From Pseudolabrys sp. (lineage in GTDB: Bacteria > Pseudomonadota > Alphaproteobacteria > Rhizobiales > Xanthobacteraceae): 64,000 bases of DNA. The notes under the pieces are model-generated. The model saw nothing but the letters and a program-made list of their open reading frames with translations, did no database searches and had not been told where the DNA came from. Positions within the stretch are counted from its first letter, which is position 1, and the number at the start of each line of letters is the position of its first letter. Positions 37,909-46,998 of this stretch are shown here, piece by piece. Both the position numbers and the translations under genes were made by a program. Where the stretch lies: positions 54,348 to 118,347 of the forward strand of contig DASTHI010000046.1 in NCBI GenBank assembly GCA_035718275.1. The letters run 5' to 3'.

Positions 37909-39405
37909 TCAGCGAACATGGGCGGGCTTCAGCGCCGCGATACAACGATCGATTGCTGCTACCTCTTCGGCGGTGGCAACGAGGCCGAGTTTGCTCCGCC
38001 GCCAGAGAACATCTTCGGCCGTCTGGGCCCATTCAGTTTCCACAAGGTACCGGACTTCGGCTTCCGTAAGCCCGCCAGCAAATCGTTGACCGAGGTCGGA
38101 AAACTTGCGTGCATCTCCGAGAAACCGTTCGGCTCGAAGTCCGTAGCTGCGAATCAGGCGATCGGCGTGCGCTGGAGAGAGAAACGGCCATCGCCGAATG
38201 GCATCGCCGACCTGCACATCCAAAGCGGCGGGAGAAAACTCGCCGCCGGGAAGCCGCGAGTCTGCCGTCCAGCGAGGCCGGGCCTGAAAATACTTTCCGA
38301 TACGGTGCATGGCTGCGTCGGCCAATTTCCGGTGAGTGGTAATCTTGCCGCCATACACGGTGAGCAACGGGGCCTCGCCTGCGCGCTCGTCCAGCATCAG
38401 TTCGTAGTCTCGAGTGACGTCTTCCGGCCGCCCGGCACCATCATCGTATAGCGCGCGCACGCCCGAAAAGGACCAGACGAGTTCATCGGGCGTGACGACT
38501 TCCCGGAAATATGCGTTCACGACATTGCAAAGATAGTCGATTTCGCTCCCTTCTGGAGCAAGCGCGTTCAGATCGCCGACAAAGTTGCGATCGGTTGTGC
38601 CGATCAGCGTGAAATCATGCGCGAACGGCAAAACAAAGACCACGCGCCGATCCTGCGCCTGTAGAATGTATCCGTGCTCGTGCGCGAATCGCCTGCGCAC
38701 GACGATATGACTGCCCTTGATGAGCCTGGCCGGGCGCCGCAACGGCTGACGGATGACATTGTCGGCCACCTCCCCGATCCACGGACCTGCCGCATTGACC
38801 AGCACGCGCGCAGTTTTCACCTGGCGACGCCCGTGCGTGTTGAGCACGAGCTCCCATTCTCCGCGCCTTTCCGCTCGCAGACAGCGGGTCCGCGTGCGAA
38901 TGACAGCGCCACGTTCCGCGGCATCCAACGCGTTAAGGACGACCAATCGCGAATCGTCGACCCAGCAGTCCGAGTATTCGAAGCCATAGCGATATTCCCG
39001 CTTCAAAGGCTCGCCTACCGGATGATGCGTCAGATCCACGGTACGGGATGGCGGCAGCAATTTTCTCGCGCCGAGCAGATCATAGAGAACCAGGCCCACC
39101 CGAAGCATCAAAGGCGAACGTAACCCGGGTGCTGCCGGCAGCATGAGGCGCATCGGCCGGACAAGGTGCGGCGCCATCCGAAGGAGCACCTCGCGTTCGC
39201 GCAGGGCCTCGCGAACAAGGCGAAAGGCGCCATGCTCCAGATATCGTAGACCTCCGTGGATCAGCTTGCTGGAGGCGGACGATGTACCCGAACCGAGATC
39301 ATTCATTTCAACGAGCAGCACGCGAACGCCGCGTCCCGCCGCGTCTCGGGCGAGACCCGTCCCATTGATTCCGCCGCCGATAATGGCGAGGTCGAAGTCT
39401 GCCAT
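37909..39405 (-). CDS. glpD: Glycerol-3-phosphate dehydrogenase (FAD)
   Basis: DLAIIGGGING, SSKLIHGGLRYLE, GGKITT.R. ATG 39405. Confidence 0.95.
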   Translation of the reverse strand: MADFDLAIIGGGINGTGLARDAAGRGVRVLLVEMNDLGSGTSSASSKLIHGGLRYLEHGAFRLVREALREREVLLRMAPHLVRPMRLMLPAAPGLRSPLMLRVGLVLYDLLGARKLLPPSRTVDLTHHPVGEPLKREYRYGFEYSDCWVDDSRLVVLNALDAAERGAVIRTRTRCLRAERRGEWELVLNTHGRRQVKTARVLVNAAGPWIGEVADNVIRQPLRRPARLIKGSHIVVRRRFAHEHGYILQAQDRRVVFVLPFAHDFTLIGTTDRNFVGDLNALAPEGSEIDYLCNVVNAYFREVVTPDELVWSFSGVRALYDDGAGRPEDVTRDYELMLDERAGEAPLLTVYGGKITTHRKLADAAMHRIGKYFQARPRWTADSRLPGGEFSPAALDVQVGDAIRRWPFLSPAHADRLIRSYGLRAERFLGDARKFSDLGQRFAGGLTEAEVRYLVETEWAQTAEDVLWRRSKLGLVATAEEVAAIDRCIAALKPAHVR

Positions 39406-39585
39406 TGCGTGCTCGATTCGCTTTTCTTGCAGGATGGGTGGCTTACGCTGCATGCTCAAGAAGAGGCCGCGCAATAGGCCGGGTTTTTGGCGATAAAATT
39501 GCTTTGCGATTGAAAAAATACGCTTGAAATATCATATGAACGGCAGCTGCTCCTGCATTTTCGGTATTCCCAAACCCGCAAGCCA

Positions 39586-40452
39586 ATGCCCTCACCCCGC
39601 CTGCTTGTTGTGGAAGGCAATTCACCCCAGACCATGGCGGAGCACGTCGCGGTCGGCGGCATCGTTGCCAGCAAAGGCTATTCGGACCTGCTACGTGAAA
39701 TCCTTCCGGGAGCAGTGGTCGACATCTGCTACCCCGGTGACCCATCCGCCTTGCTTCCAGACGGGTCCTCTCTCGAGGGCTATGACGGGATCGCCATCAC
39801 TGGTTCGGGCCTTCATGTTTACAATCTCGACCCCGAGGTCACGCGACAGGTTGAGCTAGTGCGGGCGGCGCTCGGGACCGGCACTCCCTTGTTCGGCTCG
39901 TGCTGGGGTTTGCAGGTAATTACTGTTGCCGCCGGCGGTGCCGTGCGCAAGAATCCGAACGGTCGGGAGATCGGGTTCGGCCGCGGAATCCGGCTTACCA
40001 GCGAAGGACGCAAGCACCCCATGTATGTGGGCAAGCTTGATGTCTTCAATGCACCGACAGTCCATCTTGACGAAGTGGCGACGATCGCCCCCGGCACTTC
40101 GGTTCTCGCCAGCAATGCCATTTCAGACGTACAGAGCGCGGAAATTCGGACTAACGGATCTGTCGCTTGGGCAGTGCAGTATCATCCGGAATATCCGTTG
40201 CGAGAAATCGCTGCAATCGTGCGCCGCATAGGGCCCCGTTTGATCAATGAAGGCTTTTTTGCTGATCAGGCCGACATCAAGAGCTTCGCTCAGGATCTGG
40301 ACGCACTCGATCGGGATCCGGATTGCAAGCGGCTGGCCTGGAGGCATGGCGTAAGCAAAAATGTCCTCGACAAGAAAATGCGGATCAAGGAAGTCTCCAA
40401 CTGGGTAGAATTTCAAGTGCTGCCGACACGGGCGAAGCGAGGGCGTGGCTGA
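39586..40452 (+). CDS. Type 1 glutamine amidotransferase (GMP-synthase-like)
   Basis: ITGSG, FGSCWGLQ nucleophile elbow, QYHPE. Confidence 0.88.
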   Translation: MPSPRLLVVEGNSPQTMAEHVAVGGIVASKGYSDLLREILPGAVVDICYPGDPSALLPDGSSLEGYDGIAITGSGLHVYNLDPEVTRQVELVRAALGTGTPLFGSCWGLQVITVAAGGAVRKNPNGREIGFGRGIRLTSEGRKHPMYVGKLDVFNAPTVHLDEVATIAPGTSVLASNAISDVQSAEIRTNGSVAWAVQYHPEYPLREIAAIVRRIGPRLINEGFFADQADIKSFAQDLDALDRDPDCKRLAWRHGVSKNVLDKKMRIKEVSNWVEFQVLPTRAKRGRG

Positions 40453-40517
40453 TGACGGTCTTCTTTCCACAAGAGCAGCGTAGGCATCATCGCCGGCGTT
40501 CATAGGCGAGAGGTCGA

Positions 40518-41219
40518 ATGCACTTTTCCGGCAAGCATGTGGTCATCACCGGCGGCACGGGTGCGCTAGGCACTGCCGTCGTCAATGCGCTGGTTGGCGC
40601 GGGGGCGCTTTGCACCGTACCATACGTGCACGAAGACAGTGCTCGGACCTCGATGCTTCGGGATCAGCCCAATGTAAAGCTGGTCAAGATCGGCAGCCTT
40701 GCCGACGAAGGTGACGTGGCGAAGGTGTACTCGCCATCATCGTTGCCGCTTTGGGCTTCGATCCACATTGCCGGCGGTTTCGCGGCAGGCAAAATTACCG
40801 AGATCGATAAGCACGCCCTGATGGCGCAGATCGACACCAATCTCACCTCGTGCTTTCTCTGTTGCCGGGCCGCAGTGAGATCGATGGTTGGGAAAGAAGG
40901 CGGCCGTATCGTCAATGTGGCCGCTCGCCCCGCGCTCGAATGGCGAAATGGAGCCGGAATGACGGCCTACGCCGTGGCCAAGGCCGGCGTGGCAGCTCTC
41001 ACCGCCGCGCTCGCCCAAGAAGTCGCGACCAACCATATCCTTGTCAACGCGGTGGCGCCATCGATCATGGATACTCCGGCCAATCGGAGCGCGATGCCTA
41101 AGGCGAATTACGACGCGTGGCCAAAAGTCGACGAGGTCGCCACAACAATCCTGTTTCTCGCATCGCCGGACAACAAGGTCACGCGCGGCGCAGTCGTTCC
41201 GGTTTACGGCAGATCATAG
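40518..41219 (+). CDS. SDR family oxidoreductase
   Basis: TGGTGALG, YAVAK (YxxxK), NAVAPSIMDT. Confidence 0.92.
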   Translation: MHFSGKHVVITGGTGALGTAVVNALVGAGALCTVPYVHEDSARTSMLRDQPNVKLVKIGSLADEGDVAKVYSPSSLPLWASIHIAGGFAAGKITEIDKHALMAQIDTNLTSCFLCCRAAVRSMVGKEGGRIVNVAARPALEWRNGAGMTAYAVAKAGVAALTAALAQEVATNHILVNAVAPSIMDTPANRSAMPKANYDAWPKVDEVATTILFLASPDNKVTRGAVVPVYGRS

Positions 41220-41230
41220 CCTCCGCCGGG

Positions 41231-42589
41231 TCAGCCCGCGATCGGCACCAATTCGAGCGGCGGTCGAAGCAGTCGCTGTACTGCGTTGGAGGCAACGACC
41301 GTCCGCCCTTCCGCGTAGGCTTCATGATTCTTTTCGATCTCAGCCGGATCGTAAAGGTAATTCACCATCAGTCCGTATGCCTGACTCATGGCGCGTTCGG
41401 AAGTATCAGCCAGCCAATTGATGCGCTCAAGTCGGGCGCCGTTTCCGAGATGGAAGCGGGCCACTGGGTCAATCGGCAGGCCGCGCTCGTTGCGCACGCG
41501 GAGGAAGTAGCATGCTGCGGCCCGCATCACTGCATCCCGCAATGGCCCGACCGACTCCTCCTCGCGCCACCACTCCGGCTGGTCGAGCGCGGACAGAACG
41601 GCTTTGTCAGTATCGGTGAGCACGGTCGACGTTTCGGCGGAGCGCTCGCGCTTCAGCCATGTGGCAAAACCAGGCACTGGCGACAGCGTGACGAAAGTGG
41701 ACAGGGTCGGTATTTCGCGACTCACTTCCTCCACAACCTGCTTGATCAGGAAATTCCCGAACGACACGCCGGCAAGACCTCGCTGGCAATTCGAGATCGA
41801 ATAAAAGGTTGCCGTTCGCCTTTTATCGGCTTCGGTCGTCTCGCGATTTTTCGCCAGGATCGGCATGATGGCACCGGGAATATCGCGAGTCAGCGCCACT
41901 TCAACGAATATCAACGGCTCGTCCACGAGTGCCGGATGAAAGAAGGCGTAGCACCGGCGATCAGGCGGATCGATGCGGCGACGAAGATCGTCCCAGTCAT
42001 GAATTTCGTGCACGGCTTCGTAGCGGATGATCTTCTCCAGCACGATGGCTGGTGTGGACCAGTCGATCCTGCGCAGAACGAGAAAACCGCGATTAAACCA
42101 TGATGAAAACAGGTGCACGAAATCGGCGTCGACTGCACGCAGATCGCTCCGGTGATCGAGAGAGTCCATCACCTGCTCGCGCATCCGCACCAGCGCTGCA
42201 GTACCTCCGGGTGCAAGGTTCAGGCGGCGGAAGAGTTCCTGACGACGCGGCTCGGAAGCTGCGTGCACTTCGGCAGCAGCCGTTTCGGAAGGATTGGCGC
42301 GCCATGATTCGATCGCGCGTTCCAGGCGCGCGGCGTCGATACCAAATCGCTGCGCCAGGGCTTCGAAAAAAGCGATGCGCGGCCCTGTCGTCAGCGACGC
42401 ATAACGGGTCAGAATCTCACGTGCCAGAGCCACGCCCGAGGCTTCACCTCGGCCGGACAGCAGATCTTCGCATAACTCGACCAGGCTTTCGGAACGGGCC
42501 GATGCCTCCCCCCTTCTGTCCCGGGCAAGCAAGGCACGACCGCGATCGGAAATCGCCTGCAGCAGCTCTCCCAAAAATGAGGTGTTCAT
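41231..42589 (-). CDS. matA: Malonyl-CoA decarboxylase
   Basis: HLFSSWFNRGFL, YEAVH, DRRCYAFFHP, FYSISNCQ.GL.GVSFGNFLIK, TLSP, DPVARFHL.NGA, MVNY.Y. Confidence 0.95.
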   Translation of the reverse strand: MNTSFLGELLQAISDRGRALLARDRRGEASARSESLVELCEDLLSGRGEASGVALAREILTRYASLTTGPRIAFFEALAQRFGIDAARLERAIESWRANPSETAAAEVHAASEPRRQELFRRLNLAPGGTAALVRMREQVMDSLDHRSDLRAVDADFVHLFSSWFNRGFLVLRRIDWSTPAIVLEKIIRYEAVHEIHDWDDLRRRIDPPDRRCYAFFHPALVDEPLIFVEVALTRDIPGAIMPILAKNRETTEADKRRTATFYSISNCQRGLAGVSFGNFLIKQVVEEVSREIPTLSTFVTLSPVPGFATWLKRERSAETSTVLTDTDKAVLSALDQPEWWREEESVGPLRDAVMRAAACYFLRVRNERGLPIDPVARFHLGNGARLERINWLADTSERAMSQAYGLMVNYLYDPAEIEKNHEAYAEGRTVVASNAVQRLLRPPLELVPIAG

Positions 42590-43911
42590 CTCGACCCTGG
42601 CGCAACGCCCATGAGATAGTTCGGCAGCCATGTGGCGATTTCGGGAAAGATACACAAGATCACGATCGCCAGCATCATGCAGATCACATAGGGTAAAGTG
42701 CCCCACATCACCTTGGCGAGAGGCACGTCCGGCGCGATTGCGTTAACGATATATATGTTTAACCCCACCGGCGGATGTATGAGCCCGATTTCCATATTGA
42801 TGGTCAGGATCACTCCGAACCAAACCGGGTCAAATCCCGCCGCAGTTATGATCGGCAACAGGATCGGGCTGGTCATCAGGATGATGGCGGCCGGTGGAAT
42901 GAAAAACCCGCATACCAGCAAGAAGATGTTGATGAGGAACATCAGGGCCCATTTGTTGGCGTGCATGTCGGCGATCGCCTGCGCCAGCGTTTGGGTGAGA
43001 TAAAGAGAGGTGAGCATGTACCCGAACAGGACGGCCGTCGCGATGATGGTCAGGATCATCACGGATTCGCGCATCGTATCGCGCAGAATCAGCCAGACCT
43101 GTTCCGCCTTCCAAAGGCGATAGATCAGAATCGCCAGAAAGAGACATAAAGCCGCGCCCACGCCGGCCGCTTCCGACGGTGTCGTAACGCCGCCGTACAA
43201 TGCATACATCACGCCAACAATGATGAAGACGAATGGTGCGATCTTCGGCACCGATTGGAATTTTTCCTTCCAAGTGTAGCGAAAATCGATGGCGTGCGAG
43301 CGGAACCCGCGCTTCCAGATGATGAATATCGTCCACAATATGAACATGCCCGTCAGCATGAGGCCGGGCATCACGCCGGCGATAAATAACCGTCCGATCG
43401 AGGTTTCGGTCGCGATTCCATAAAGGATGAAGGTAACCGACGGCGGGATCAGAATGCCGAGGGTGCCGCCTGCGCAGATTGAGCCCGTGGCCACATCGTC
43501 GGGGTAGCCGCGACGCCGCATTTCAGGAATTCCCATCTTGCCGATGGCGGCGCAGCAGGCCGGCGAGGATCCGGTGAGCGCGGCGAAAATGGCGCACGCG
43601 CCGATGTTGGAAATGACCAGACCGCCAGGCAGGCGATAAAGCCAGCGGTCGAGTGCCTCGTAGAGATCCTTCCCGGCAGGAGACGAGCCGATGGCCGCAC
43701 CCATCATCACGAACATGGGGATGGCGACGAGCGTGAACTCATCGAGCCCCGACCAGAACGTCTCCGCGACGACATTGAGCGAGTCGAATCCCTGAAACAG
43801 AACCAGGAAAGCGATCGCAATCGCGCCAAGGCCGAAGGCGACCGGTATTCCGGATATCAGCATCAGGAGGGTCACAACGAGGACGATCCCCCCTTGGGTG
43901 GTGGGCGTCAT
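42586..43911 (-). CDS. TRAP transporter large permease (DctM; MatM-like)
   Basis: AIPMFVMMG, GTLGILIPPS, HPPVG. Stop overlaps the matA start. Confidence 0.93.
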   Translation of the reverse strand: MTPTTQGGIVLVVTLLMLISGIPVAFGLGAIAIAFLVLFQGFDSLNVVAETFWSGLDEFTLVAIPMFVMMGAAIGSSPAGKDLYEALDRWLYRLPGGLVISNIGACAIFAALTGSSPACCAAIGKMGIPEMRRRGYPDDVATGSICAGGTLGILIPPSVTFILYGIATETSIGRLFIAGVMPGLMLTGMFILWTIFIIWKRGFRSHAIDFRYTWKEKFQSVPKIAPFVFIIVGVMYALYGGVTTPSEAAGVGAALCLFLAILIYRLWKAEQVWLILRDTMRESVMILTIIATAVLFGYMLTSLYLTQTLAQAIADMHANKWALMFLINIFLLVCGFFIPPAAIILMTSPILLPIITAAGFDPVWFGVILTINMEIGLIHPPVGLNIYIVNAIAPDVPLAKVMWGTLPYVICMMLAIVILCIFPEIATWLPNYLMGVAPGSR

Positions 43912-44474
43912 GGCGCATCACCCAGAGCTTCGCGGGCGAGTGCGCGCGCTACTTCTTCCGCGTCCTGCTGGTCTCGAATCCCGAATGGCGCCGCCCGTCC
44001 TGTCAGCAAGGCGAGCGTCTCAGCCACATATTGCAGGAGGAGCAATCCGAGTCCGACCGGCATTGAAAGATAGGGAATCCAAAGCCGTGCGCGCCACACG
44101 GTGTTTGAAAGCCAGTTATTGGAATAGGCCTCGTACCAGTAGGCAGTACAGAGAACGAAAATCACCAGACAGAATGCGAGCGCCAGCAAGTTGGTGCCAA
44201 GAGCAAGCCAGAAGCGAAAGCGCGGCCCGGCGTGCAACGGCAGAATGTCCACATTGACGTGTCCGCGCGTCATGAGGACGTAGGCGCTGCCCACGAAAGT
44301 TGCTCCGACAATGCAGTAGGTGACAACGTCGATCTGCCAGATCGTCGTAAGGTTCAGGATATAACGCTCCACGACGATGTCGCAGATCACTAAAACGGCG
44401 ATGGCAATGAGAAATGCCGCAACCACACCGGCGACTTGCGACAGAAAGGTCACAGCCCGAATGTAGATATCCAT
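43908..44474 (-). CDS. TRAP transporter small permease (DctQ; MatQ-like)
   Basis: Four TM segments, RGHVNVD motif. Confidence 0.92.
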   Translation of the reverse strand: MDIYIRAVTFLSQVAGVVAAFLIAIAVLVICDIVVERYILNLTTIWQIDVVTYCIVGATFVGSAYVLMTRGHVNVDILPLHAGPRFRFWLALGTNLLALAFCLVIFVLCTAYWYEAYSNNWLSNTVWRARLWIPYLSMPVGLGLLLLQYVAETLALLTGRAAPFGIRDQQDAEEVARALAREALGDAP

Positions 44475-44572
44475 GGGCCTATCGTTTTTGTTTTCCGAAG
44501 AAATGCGCGCATCGCAATGCGCGGTGGAATGGCAGGCCGGCGAGCCGCGGGCCCGCCGGCCGCGTTGTTTGG

Positions 44573-45568
44573 CTATTTCACTGCAAGCGCTTCATCGATC
44601 AGTTTCTGCCCGTTGGGCACTTCCTTGGCGAACTTGGCGTAGGAACTCTTCTTCGCCACTTCGAGCCATGCCTTGTAATCATCGTCAGAGAGCGTGACGA
44701 CCTTGACCTTGTGGTCCTCGAAAGCCTTGATGGATTCCTGGTTTACGGCTTCTGCCTTACCTTCATAGTAGGCCTGCGCTTTCTTGCCGGCCGCAATCAG
44801 GGCATCCTTCTGCTGCTTGCTCAGCTTGTCGAAGCTCTTCTTCGACATAAGCACCGGCTCGTACATGAACCACAGGGCATTGTTGCCCGGCGCAGTAAGG
44901 CAGTCGGTCACCTCATACAGCCGCATCGACTGGAACGTGCCAAGGCTCGTATCGGTGCCGTTCACGACACCGCTCTGGAACGCATTGTAGATTTCGTTCG
45001 ATGGCGGGCTGACAATGCTTGCACCAGCGGTTTCCCACATTCCCGCAAACGTCGGACCAGCGGAACGGAATTTTCGCCCTTTCATGTCCTCGGGCTTCAC
45101 GATGCAACCACCCTTGGCTGCCATCCCGCCGGCGAACCAGGCGTCGGAGAGCACGATGACGCCGTGCTTTTCGATTTCGGCGCGTATGTCCTTCATGAAT
45201 TGCGAATCGTTGACCCGCTTCGCGCGTTCCTGACTCCGGATCAATCCCGGCATCAGCGTGGCGCTGAAGGTACGCACCTTGCCGCTGGCGTAGTCGAGCG
45301 GAAACAGCGAGAGGTCGAGCTGGCCATTCACCATGGCGTTCCACTGATCGTTGGGCTTGAACAGCGAAGCGCCCGGATACACCTGGATGTCGAGACCGAC
45401 ATTGGCGGCCTTAACTTCCTTCGCGATCATCTGCACCATGTCGTCGCGGACGTCCCCCTTGCCGCCCGGGAACTGGTGGGATGCCTTCATCGTAACCTGC
45501 GCGTGCGCCGACGCCGAGAAAACGACGGCCGCAGCGGCACTGACAAGCAATATCGAGAGTCTTTTCAT
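44573..45568 (-). CDS. TRAP substrate-binding protein (DctP; MatP-like)
   Basis: Signal peptide, KASHQFP, PEDMKGRKFR, EIYNAFQSGVVNG. GGAGG SD before ATG 45568. Confidence 0.92.
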   Translation of the reverse strand: MKRLSILLVSAAAAVVFSASAHAQVTMKASHQFPGGKGDVRDDMVQMIAKEVKAANVGLDIQVYPGASLFKPNDQWNAMVNGQLDLSLFPLDYASGKVRTFSATLMPGLIRSQERAKRVNDSQFMKDIRAEIEKHGVIVLSDAWFAGGMAAKGGCIVKPEDMKGRKFRSAGPTFAGMWETAGASIVSPPSNEIYNAFQSGVVNGTDTSLGTFQSMRLYEVTDCLTAPGNNALWFMYEPVLMSKKSFDKLSKQQKDALIAAGKKAQAYYEGKAEAVNQESIKAFEDHKVKVVTLSDDDYKAWLEVAKKSSYAKFAKEVPNGQKLIDEALAVK

Positions 45569-45815
45569 CGTGTAGTCCTCCATGGGGTTCTTTTTCCGGC
45601 AAATGCCGCCGCCTCTGATCGGCGCCGAAACAATAGCCAAAATTTTCCCCTTGCACGCAACTTCACATTACCCGCCGAGCTGGCCAAGCACCATAGGTCC
45701 GACGGCAAAAGGCCGCCATAACCTTCGATAACAAAATGGAAATTGCCTCTATAGTCAGTTTACCTTGATGCCTCTATAAAACCCCGCATTACGCTCTTCC
45801 TTGGAGTCTTCTCAC

Positions 45816-46985
45816 ATGCCGAAGCCATTGGCGGGCCTCCGCGTCCTCGAACTTGCCCGCATCCTTGCTGGTCCCTGGGCTGGTCAAATCCTCGCCGACC
45901 TCGGTGCCGACGTCATCAAAGTCGAGCGCAAAGGATCGGGAGACGACACGCGCGTCTGGGGACCGCCCTTCGTGGAGGGTATCGACGGCAGCCACATCGG
46001 TTCGGCCTATTTTCATGCGGCGAACCGGGGTAAACGGTCGATAGAGCTCGACTTTGAAGGCGCTGACGGCCAGCGCATCGTTCGCAAGCTCGCATCGCGT
46101 TCGGACGTGCTGATTGAAAATTTCAAGGTCGGCGGGCTGTCCAAATTCGGACTGGACTACAAGAGCATCGCGCCTGATTGCCCCAGACTGATCTATTGCT
46201 CAGTGACCGGTTTCGGTCAGGACGGTCCCTATGCCAAGCGCGCCGGCTACGATCTCATGGCGCAGGGGATGGGAGGCATCATGGATTTGACCGGAATGCC
46301 CGACGGCGAGCCGACTCGCATTGGCATCCCGGTTTCCGATATTTTCACCGGCGTCTATTCGGTAGTCGGGATTCTCGCCGCGCTGGCGCAGCGCGAGAAG
46401 ACAGGCAAGGGCTGCTATGTCGATACGGCACTCGTCGATTCGACGGTTGGCGTTCTTTCCAACCAAGCCATGAACTATCTCGTTTCTGGAAATGTGCCGA
46501 AGCGCATCGGAAACGCGCACGCAAACATCGTCCCCTACCAGGTATTCCCTGTTGCCGATGGTCACGTGATCGTCGCAACAGGCAACGACAATCAGTATGT
46601 GAAGTTCTGCAACGTCCTTGGCGCTCCCGAGCTGGCGCAGAATCCCGCCTACAAAGATAACGTCGGCAGGCTCAAGCATCGCGAGGAGCTGGTGGGGAAA
46701 CTGTCGCGATTGACTGCGCAGATGAAGCGCGGCGAGCTGCTCGAAAAGCTCGAAATGCAGCAGGTGCCGGCAGGTCCGATCAACGACCTGCAGCAAGTCT
46801 TCAATGATCCGCAGGTGATCCACCGGGGCATGAAGCTCTCGCTCAGGAGTCGAGCCGCCAAAGGGGGCTCGATCCCAGGCGTGCGGACGCCGATCGTCAT
46901 CGACGGCTGGAAGGCGGCATCAGAGAATCCCGCTCCATTGCTCGGTGAGCACACCGCCGAAATCCTGCGCGAGATCGGGGAATGA
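45816..46985 (+). CDS. Family III (CaiB/BaiF) CoA-transferase
   Basis: LAGLRVLEL...LAGPW..Q.LADLGADVIKVE, GDDTR, NRGKRS, ENFK, GYDL, SDIFTG, GNAH. Confidence 0.93.
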   Translation: MPKPLAGLRVLELARILAGPWAGQILADLGADVIKVERKGSGDDTRVWGPPFVEGIDGSHIGSAYFHAANRGKRSIELDFEGADGQRIVRKLASRSDVLIENFKVGGLSKFGLDYKSIAPDCPRLIYCSVTGFGQDGPYAKRAGYDLMAQGMGGIMDLTGMPDGEPTRIGIPVSDIFTGVYSVVGILAALAQREKTGKGCYVDTALVDSTVGVLSNQAMNYLVSGNVPKRIGNAHANIVPYQVFPVADGHVIVATGNDNQYVKFCNVLGAPELAQNPAYKDNVGRLKHREELVGKLSRLTAQMKRGELLEKLEMQQVPAGPINDLQQVFNDPQVIHRGMKLSLRSRAAKGGSIPGVRTPIVIDGWKAASENPAPLLGEHTAEILREIGE

Positions 46986-46998
46986 TCGGCGCCTGACG

